Source: an uncultured archaeon (GTDB lineage Archaea > Thermoplasmatota > Thermoplasmata > Thermoplasmatales > Thermoplasmataceae). From it: 64,000 nucleotides of DNA. Under the pieces are notes generated by a model, which ran no database searches, was not told the DNA's origin, and was given only the letters and a program-made list of their open reading frames with translations. The stretch covers positions 448,001 through 512,000 of the forward strand of contig CP009479.1 of NCBI GenBank assembly GCA_000965745.1, read 5' to 3'. How positions within the stretch are numbered: position 1 is the stretch's first letter; each line of letters opens with the position of its first letter. Both the position numbers and the translations under genes were made by a program. Below are positions 39,598 to 47,455 of this stretch, one piece after another.

Positions 39598-40540
39598 TAA
39601 CATTATCAGCTGGATTATCTTTCTGTTCGGCGTCACTGCTCCAGTCTACCTTATACTTGGAGCAATAGGAATTCGTGGATTCAAGGAAATAACAGAATTT
39701 GAACCTCACACCTCACTCTTCTACCGCATGAATCCCCTTGTGAAGATGTTCCTCTCCTTCTCGGTAATGGTAGTTTCAGCTATCACCATATGGTGGATCG
39801 GGGCAATACTGACCCTGCTCATACTCCTATGCTACCTTACCTTGAAAGACGGCACGAGGAAGTTCTACATAGGAACCTTGTTCATGATCTCCACAGTCAT
39901 AGGGACAGCTTGGGGCTATGCACCCTTTGCACCCAATGCAATTCTCTCCATAGCGTTTCCAGGATACTCTCCTGTGGCAATCTGGGTATGGCCTTCCTAC
40001 TTCAGCATAATGGGATACCAGCATGTACTCACGTTTCAGGCCGTTGAGTACGGCCTTCAGATATCCTTCAGAACCGCTGCCATTATGTCGTCCGCACTTC
40101 TCCTTGTAATGACCAATACACCTACCCAGATACTCAGAACACTTCACAAGGTTTCAGTGCCGGACTCAGTGATATTTTCACTTATGGTTGGGATGAGAAG
40201 CATACCTTCCATTTTCAGCTACCTTGATGAGTCTGTGAAGATCCAGGTAATGAGGGGGCTCGGATCCGGGAAACCCCGTGTACTGCGGCCTGTATACATG
40301 CTGATTGCCGGAGTGAACGCGATCGTTCCCACCATGATTCATCTTCTCCGGGGCGCAAAGGATACAGCAATCTCTGCAGACACCAGAGGGTTCAGGGCGA
40401 CTAAAAAGAGGAGTTATGTGGAGACCATGCCCATAACGAGGCTGGATTACTATGCATTTGCCCTCATTCTTTCGCTGTTTGCTGTGGCAGCAGCCGTGAT
40501 CCTCTTGGGTTTTGGCAGGACAATACCATATGTAACCTGA
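39581..40540 (+). CDS. ECF transporter T component (CbiQ/EcfT)
   Basis: MNPLVK and two XRG motifs (QVMRG, ADTRGF). Confidence 0.88.
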   Translation: MNFLLDNIISWIIFLFGVTAPVYLILGAIGIRGFKEITEFEPHTSLFYRMNPLVKMFLSFSVMVVSAITIWWIGAILTLLILLCYLTLKDGTRKFYIGTLFMISTVIGTAWGYAPFAPNAILSIAFPGYSPVAIWVWPSYFSIMGYQHVLTFQAVEYGLQISFRTAAIMSSALLLVMTNTPTQILRTLHKVSVPDSVIFSLMVGMRSIPSIFSYLDESVKIQVMRGLGSGKPRVLRPVYMLIAGVNAIVPTMIHLLRGAKDTAISADTRGFRATKKRSYVETMPITRLDYYAFALILSLFAVAAAVILLGFGRTIPYVT

Positions 40541-40737
40541 TACGGTAGAACTAAACTTGCATTCTCCCAAAATCCATATTTTACAGCACTGCCAAGTTCC
40601 TGTGGACGCCATTTCTTTTCTTCTTTTTTTGGTAATTTTGTGCTCGTAAACTGGTCTTAAGCAAGTTAGTTTGATACGAATATCGGATAATTTATACGAA
40701 CTCATCATAACATTTATCAGCTATCGCATGTTCCAGA

Positions 40738-42131
40738 TGAACATGGCAGAATCCAGCAAGCAGCTAAACAAAGGTGTTGTGACGTACCTGGAACTGGTGT
40801 TCCAGTCGATTTCATTTACAGCTCCTGCTATTGCCGTAACAGCAACCATGACCGGGGCAGCCGCATTTGCATATGGAGCTCTGCCCCTAACGTACATACT
40901 GGCAGTTCTCGCAGTATTCAGTGCAGGTTTCGTCATTTACGTGTTCTCCAGGAAAGTTGCCTCCAGCGGAGGTTACTACAGATATATAGAAAGAGGGTTC
41001 GGAACCCGTGGAGGAGGGTTCGGCGGATGGGTTTATATGCTATATACAGTCATTGGGGCCACACCGTTCATCTATTTCGAAACTTCACTCGCCACGCAGT
41101 ACGGCCTCGGGATATTCGGCGTTAACCTGCCCTCCTGGTCCTGGTACCCGATAGGCCTTGTCGTGGCCCTTGCAGCGTATGGGCTCGCATATTCAGGCAT
41201 AAAGAATTCCCTGAGATACAGTGTTTTCACCGGAGTTATAGAAATGGCAATCCTGTTGATTGTAGCTTTTCTGATACTTGGAAAATCTCCAGATCCGGTT
41301 AACCTTAAGGTATTCACGCCCGCATATTCACCAACGGGCTGGAATGGGGTTGCACTGGGCCTTGTGTTTTCATTCACTTCCCTGGCTGGATGGGGTTCCA
41401 TGACGTTCCTTGGAGGGGAGGCCAGGCAGGCCCACTTCAACATAAGAAAAGGTGTGATAGTAACAATAGCCGTTCTGGGCGCATTTTTCCTGTTCATGAG
41501 CTACGCTATGACTATAGGATGGGGGCCGGCAAACATGGGCACATACTTCCAGAACTTCCTGCCTGGCCTGATCCTTGCAGTCAAGTATGGCGGTGTGGGC
41601 GTTGCAATACTCATGTTTGTATTCCTCGTTAACAGCGGGTTTGTTGACACACTTGCCATCATAAATGCGGGATCAAGAGACCTTTACACCATGGCGAAGG
41701 ACGGATTTCTCCCTGATACCCTCTCCCTTACACATCCGAGGCACAAAAGCCCGCACAAGGCGCTTCTGTCCAACACCATCATAGGGATAGTGCTGTTCAC
41801 CGTAACGGGATGGACCATGGGGCCATTAAACGGGTTTCTGGTAACAGGAGTATGGACGGGTGCAGGAACAATCATAGAGCATATAATGCTGAACACATCC
41901 CTGCCGCTTTACTTCAGGAAACTGAAACAGTACAAGGCACAATACGCAATCGTACCGGGAGTTGCAACAATCCTCTACCTCTTTGCCCTCTACGGGTCAT
42001 TCCTGTCCATTGACATATATGTTCTCATAGCCGTCGCATTCATAGTGGTGTGGCTGGCCTTTGGTGCAATATACTTCTCTGTCAAACCGGTGAAGGAGAT
42101 TGTTCTGGAAGAAGGTGAAGAGATAGGATAA
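40738..42131 (+). CDS. APC family amino acid/polyamine permease
   Basis: SFTAPA, SSGGYYRY, GWG...LGGEA, SRDLYTMAKDGFLP...HPRHKSP; about 12 TM. Start approximate. Confidence 0.9.
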
Positions 42132-42344
42132 TACTATATCTCAGCCAGAAATTTATATTCAGGCTGATCCTTTTTCTTACAATATTTCACATATTTTATA
42201 ATTTTCATAAGAAATGTTGATTTTTTCTGATGCTCTGCACGTTCAAGATGGAGGATTTTGTGGTGGAGAAACCCCTAAGTGCAGGAACTAGTGAGGCTCG
42301 CCGAAGGTGCTCGGGATTTCATCCACCACTTCTTTTGTTCAGAT

Positions 42345-42536
42345 TCAGTGGCTCCAAGGCATTTTCTGGTTCAGATGGCTCAGTACAGCATGCGCGTGCG
42401 TCCAGGCGGGTACATGCTGCATAGCCTCCACGAGTACATGAGCGTTTCCTGTAGCTACTGCCGTAGCCCCTGCTGCGGCTGCGATACCTACTCCACTTGC
42501 TACAACCTTAGCAAGGGCCAAACCTGTCAGAGTCAT
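42345..42536 (-). CDS. Small Ala/Gly-rich hydrophobic peptide (63 aa)
   Basis: MTLTGLALAKVVASGVGIAAAAGATAVATGNAHVLVEAMQHVPAWTHAHAVLSHLNQKMPWSH; strongly non-random composition. Confidence 0.5.
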   Translation of the reverse strand: MTLTGLALAKVVASGVGIAAAAGATAVATGNAHVLVEAMQHVPAWTHAHAVLSHLNQKMPWSH

Positions 42537-42704
42537 ATTCCAAAAAATGTAAAGCAGATGAAATGTCTTGTGGTACAAATTGACGGAACGCCCGATACAT
42601 GGACTTTCTCTTGACTCCTGTGGCAATGTTGTTGTGACCTCTTCCCCCATTTCCCGAAGTGGGCTTCCCCTGGAGTTAAAAATGCATGCTGATCCGTTAC
42701 AGGA

Positions 42705-43055
42705 TCAGAATGATATCGGAATATATCCATCATTGACAAAGGCTGCCAGCCTCTCGCCCGATGGTTTCAGTTCCACGCCTCTGGCAACAATCGACTCATC
42801 CATGGACGCTTTCTTGGCAAAATTGCTGCAGGCCGAATCTATGAGTTTGTTTGTTATGAGGTAATCGATCACCGATCTCACTTCCGGGGTTTCATCGAAA
42901 ACAAGCTTTTCACTTGGTCCCTGAAGAATTACCTTAACGTCTTCAAAGCGCTTGAACTCGTGCGATCTTCGCGCAACGTTCAGACCCATGATAGCTCTCT
43001 TCAAGTCATCCTCTACCGCGATTATATAGAAAAGTGCTTTTTTCATTGCGATCAC
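42705..43055 (-). CDS. DsrE family protein (second paralogue)
   Basis: FEDVKVILQGPSEK, ACSNFA; similar to 17367..17711. Confidence 0.8.
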   Translation of the reverse strand: MIAMKKALFYIIAVEDDLKRAIMGLNVARRSHEFKRFEDVKVILQGPSEKLVFDETPEVRSVIDYLITNKLIDSACSNFAKKASMDESIVARGVELKPSGERLAAFVNDGYIPISF

Positions 43056-43142
43056 AGGATAATGGCAGATGTGTTAATACTTTTGAGACTCCGCGCCATT
43101 CAGGCGGCTGTGGATTATGAAAAAAGTTAAACGTTTTCTTCA

Positions 43143-43586
43143 ATGGGCATGAGTATGATATATTTTGCATTCGGCTCGAATATGAATTTGGAACAGATGA
43201 GTGAAAGGTGCAAAAACAGCAGGTTCATTTCTTCAGGAGCCCTGGAAAAATTCAGGTTCGTGTACGATGGTTACTCGACCAGATGGCACGGGGCCGTGGG
43301 GAATATAGTGCCTTCCAACGGGCACAGGGTCCTTGGAGGCCTCTTCGAAGTGACCGAGGAAGATCTGGATGCCCTTGACTGTTATGAGGGATATCCCACC
43401 CGATATCAGAAAATAGAACTGCCTGTCACTTCAAAGGATGGCACTGAGATGAAGGCGATTGCATATTTCAGGGAAGGTGAAAAGGAGGGCTTGCCATCAG
43501 AGGATTACATGAACGCAGTTATGCAAGGTGCGGTGGATTGCGGCCTTCCAGAAGAATATATAGAGGAGTTCCTCAGGAAAAATTAG
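43143..43586 (+). CDS. Gamma-glutamylcyclotransferase family protein
   Basis: YFAFGSNM, LDALDCYEG, PSEDY. Confidence 0.88.
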   Translation: MGMSMIYFAFGSNMNLEQMSERCKNSRFISSGALEKFRFVYDGYSTRWHGAVGNIVPSNGHRVLGGLFEVTEEDLDALDCYEGYPTRYQKIELPVTSKDGTEMKAIAYFREGEKEGLPSEDYMNAVMQGAVDCGLPEEYIEEFLRKN

Positions 43587-43641
43587 GCTGGACCTTTTCC
43601 CTCACGAATGCTTGAAAAAGTAGCATTGTTAAGTTTGGGCA

Positions 43642-44586
43642 TCAGTCCATTGCCATACTTTCAAAAGAATCCACGTTATGAATGTCCATCTCCCAGTTTT
43701 TAAATTCCCTGATCATCTCATACGCTACAGCGAAGAATTCTGGAAGGATCATATCCGGGACGACTGTTGCAATTGAGAAAGTGTTGCCGTGGAGTTTTTG
43801 CGGCATTCCCATTGTGACCACTGAATTATCCGAAGTGTTGCTTACCAGATACTGTATGATAGGGTTGGTAAAGGACGTCTCATATATTCTGGAATCCTTG
43901 GATATTTCGTTGAGCCAGTCTTCCTTTGCTCGAAGTAGGGCATTTCTGTCATAGTATACAGCCCTTATCTCATCCTCAACCAGGTATTTCATCTCCCTGG
44001 TCCAACTTACACCCAGATTCATGAGGACAGGATCGTCGAATACTCTCATGAAACTTGGAGGAACTGTGCCGTTAATCTCCACGTAGCTAAGGGGAACCAT
44101 TGTTGAAATTTCCCTGAATGTTGATACGATTCCGGGGCTCTTTCCAAGAAACCTTATGGCAAAGCGGTCGAATCCAACAATATCAGATCTGAGTGCCGAT
44201 GTCAGCTTTGCCTCGTCAGCTGAATGGAACCTGAAATAAATGTAATAGTAGCCTCCGCTGAAGATTACGGCATCCATCACTACAGAAGGGACCTTGTTTA
44301 AAGACTTGAAGCCTGCAAGGAAATAAGGGCTTGGCGAGTCCACCTTCAGAGTTACTGCGTCCAGGGTAACGTTAGGGCTGAACTCCTTGAGAGATTCCTG
44401 GATCTCCGCCTTGGTAAAGTCCTCGTTCTCAATGTTGAAAATTGCGTAACCGCCATCTTTGGTTACCCTCATCCTGACAATCGCAGTCAGATCGTTGTCA
44501 GTCAGAAATTCCTCAATCTTTGTACCAGCAGTAAATGATATTATTCCCTGCCTGTCAAGCATGTTGTTGATGTCTTTTATTATCAT
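43642..44586 (-). CDS. Hypothetical protein (~314 aa)
   Basis: Long ORF with host-like codon usage; family not recognised; start chosen at the first ATG. Confidence 0.7.
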   Translation of the reverse strand: MIIKDINNMLDRQGIISFTAGTKIEEFLTDNDLTAIVRMRVTKDGGYAIFNIENEDFTKAEIQESLKEFSPNVTLDAVTLKVDSPSPYFLAGFKSLNKVPSVVMDAVIFSGGYYYIYFRFHSADEAKLTSALRSDIVGFDRFAIRFLGKSPGIVSTFREISTMVPLSYVEINGTVPPSFMRVFDDPVLMNLGVSWTREMKYLVEDEIRAVYYDRNALLRAKEDWLNEISKDSRIYETSFTNPIIQYLVSNTSDNSVVTMGMPQKLHGNTFSIATVVPDMILPEFFAVAYEMIREFKNWEMDIHNVDSFESMAMD

Positions 44587-44660
44587 ACAAACAGAACGTG
44601 GATTAATGGAATATAGTTTTCGAATTTCAGATCTGGACAAGTGAGATCTTTCCTCCGAAA

Positions 44661-44918
44661 ATGCCTAGGTATGCAATGGGAATGATTGGAGCATTCAATC
44701 CCACGACTGTATCTTTTATAGTTTCCGACTGGCCTCCACCTGGAAACATCGCTTTTTTGGGCGGAACCACAACATTATCGGGCTCATCACCATCATTCTA
44801 TGAATGGGTCGGAGCATGTTTTGCAGCAGGAGCTGTTGAATGTGTTGCCGCTGCAGCGTTGGCAAGGAGGAACGGGAGAACAGCCCGTAGGCTTCAGAAG
44901 GTCAGTGGTTTGCTTTAG
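44661..44918 (+). pseudogene. Possible remnant of a membrane-anchored protein C-terminus
   Basis: Ser/Thr linker, hydrophobic helix and basic tail (ARRNGR) without an N-terminal body. Confidence 0.3.
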
Positions 44919-45081
44919 AGAACGTTTAAACACTAATCCGCAGGCTGCCTGAACTGTTCTCAGATGGCCAAATCATTCTGATATCCAGTATAACCTGATC
45001 AAACACTTTCTGCAACTCGAACCTTTCCAGGAAAATCCAAAGAAGTATATGCAATCCTACATTGCTTCTCCTTGCCGGTAT

Positions 45082-45669
45082 ATGAATGAAAAGAATCCTA
45101 AGGTCGATGAATTCATAGGCAGGGCCGATAAGTGGCAGGAAGAATTTGGGAAGCTGAGATCGATTGTTCTCGACTGCCAGCTATCTGAGGAATTAAAGTG
45201 GGGCGTTCCGTGTTACACGGTCCGGGATAAGAACGTCGTCCTGATCCACGGCTTCAAAGATTACTGCGCGCTTCTTTTTTTCAAGGGAGCGCTGCTGCAC
45301 GATCCGAAGGACATCCTGGTACAGCAGACGGAAAATGTACAGGTTGCCCGCCAGATAAGATTCACGGGCGTCCATGATATAGATTACCTGGGGGCGGACT
45401 TGAAGGAATACATAAGAGAAGCTGTTGAAGTGGAAGAATCAGGTTTGAAGGTGGCGCTTAAGAAACCTTCAGAGTTCAAGGTCCCGGATGAATTTCAGAG
45501 CAAATTGAATGAGATTCCGGGCCTGAAGGCCGCTTTCGAAGCGCTGACGCCGGGGAGGCAAAGAGCCTACCTTTTCTATTTTGCTGTTCCAAAACAGTCC
45601 AAGACAAGAGAGTCAAGGATTGAGAAGTCCATTCAGCGGATTATGGATGGGAAGGGACTCAATGATTGA
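45082..45669 (+). CDS. YdeI/OmpD-associated family protein (DUF1801 plus OmdA domain)
   Basis: NPKVDEFI, EELKWGVPCYT, HGFKDYCALLFFKGALL, FEALTPGRQRAY, KQSKTR..RIEK; Firmicutes-like. Confidence 0.9.
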   Translation: MNEKNPKVDEFIGRADKWQEEFGKLRSIVLDCQLSEELKWGVPCYTVRDKNVVLIHGFKDYCALLFFKGALLHDPKDILVQQTENVQVARQIRFTGVHDIDYLGADLKEYIREAVEVEESGLKVALKKPSEFKVPDEFQSKLNEIPGLKAAFEALTPGRQRAYLFYFAVPKQSKTRESRIEKSIQRIMDGKGLND

Positions 45670-45983
45670 GCGATTTTATATTTGCGGATCTTCCTGAAAT
45701 TTCTCGTTCCATTAACAAATCCTCAAGCAGCAATGAGATCTCAGTGTACTTGACCAACGGCACCTACCCATATTCGGTAACGGCGATTCCCAACTATTCT
45801 TCCACTAAAACATCGGGATACATCACTGTCAACGGCTCAAGTTTGACCGATTCCATAAATTTCTCCAGAGCCGGGGCAATTCCATTTTCCAGCCTGCTAA
45901 AGGAAGAAGCCCTTTCGCTGACCTTCACTGCCGCACTGGTATTCCTCACTGTCATGATTACAAGAAAAAGACAGAGAAGGTGA
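45666..45983 (+). pseudogene. C-terminal fragment of a Thermoplasmatales-type surface protein
   Basis: YLTNGTYPYSV...SGYITVNG beta repeat, TM helix, RKRQRR tail; no signal peptide. Confidence 0.5.
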
Positions 45984-47070
45984 TGAAGCAGGGAAGTGAT
46001 GGATCAGATCAGGGCGGAGTGGTATGAAAGATCTGAGCAGAGGAAAGCACACAGGAATGGCAAGAGGAAGAGATCACTGAAGACATCGGACGGCGATCTG
46101 ATGCTGGAGAAGCCCCAGATACCTGAGTTTCCATTCGAAACACAGGTATTTGACCGGTACAGCAGAGTCGAGAGAGCAGTTGAATCAGCAATCCTGGAAT
46201 CGTACATACAGGGTGTCTCAACAAGGAGAGTGAAGAGCATTGTTGAGACCCTTGGGATACGAAAAGTATCCCCGTCCTATGTCTCATCACTCTCCTCCGA
46301 TCTGGATCAAAAGGTGAAGGAATTCCTTGAGCGTCCCATAGAAAAGGAGATCAGGTACATGTATGTGGATGCCACATACATCAAGGTACGCCAGGATTCA
46401 AGGTACAAAAGCATGGCGCTGTACATTGCTGCTGGCGTGAGAGAGGATGGATACAGGGAAATCCTGGGAGCAAGGCTTTATGACTCTGAGACAGAAATCG
46501 ACTACGAATCATTCTTCGATGATCTTAAGGATCGCGGTCTGAGAGGCTTAGAGCTGGTGATATCAGATGGCCATAAGGGAATCAGGGAGGCTGTACTCCG
46601 ATCTTTTCCGGGTGCATCATGGCAGTTCTGCCATGTGCATTTCATCAGGAACCTGATGAAGAAGATTCCAAAGAAAAGATGGGGGTCAGTATCACTCATA
46701 GTGAAGGAATCACTTGAGAATCCTTCACTCATGCCTCTGGCACAGCAGGCATTGATGGATCATGGAATGGACAGGGCTGCTGAGATGTACGAGCGATGGT
46801 CGGATTCACTGTACAACTATCAGTCCTGTCCACAGCAGCACTGGCGCAGGATAAGAACAACAAACATGATGGAGCGTCTCAATTACGAGATCAAGCGTCG
46901 TACAAAGAAAGTGGGTGCGTTTCCATCTGAGAAAGCGTTGATCAGGTTGGCAGGAGCGGTGTTGATGGACGTGAATGAGGAGTGGATCACTGGGCGAAAG
47001 TATTTGAGAATGGAGGAGTTGCACGGTGGGGGAGTCCCTCTTTAATTTACAGCACTTGGTGCACATGACC
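45976..47070 (+). mobile_element. IS256-family insertion sequence, 5'-truncated
   Basis: Transposase plus a right end ...tttacagcacttggtgcacatgacc (to 47070) of IS256 type; no matching left inverted repeat found; left boundary approximate. Confidence 0.8.
45996..47045 (+). pseudogene. IS256/Mutator-family DDE transposase lacking its N-terminus
   Basis: YERS..R..HRNG, YIQGVSTR, YVDATY (D), ISDGHKG (D), QFCHVH, TTNMMERLN (E); upstream KVMKQ lies in another frame because of an extra G at 45991-45993. Confidence 0.85.
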
Positions 47071-47455
47071 AAAATGTTAAAAGTTATTAGTGATATTTGT
47101 ACCAGTACTATTGTTGTTAAGTCTGGTAGGATATCCGATAGGGAGCAAAGAGTCTGGTCGGGCATTCGATGATCTTATTCACCTGGACTCGTCCATGATC
47201 AAAATCCTTCTCTCATTTCCTCCTTTCCCGACTATCAAATTCGCTGTTAGCAATGTTAAGAATGCTGAAGGCGTGTTAGGAATCCCTGTAAAAAGAATGG
47301 TGGATGGAAGAGAGGGTTCTGAAGAACAGAAGTGAGCCGGCGAAATGAATATATTTCTTAAGAAGAGCGCGTTTATTAAGAGTAATTGGAATCCATCGAT
47401 TGTAGTTTCAACATAGCAACGGAATCTGAAAACCCAAACACAGAAGTGGAGAATA

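Noticed and set aside
17367-43055. Two DsrE paralogues as a sulfur-oxidation system
   Set aside because: They are 25 kb apart with no tusA, hdr or sqr neighbours.
44600-45050. att duplicate of the tRNA-Glu 3' end marking the far island boundary
   Set aside because: No copy of tgctccgaccgggatt seen by eye anywhere else in the window, and no integrase.
47090-47335. 81-aa ORF between IS256 and ppc
   Set aside because: No recognisable motif or RBS; more likely debris.
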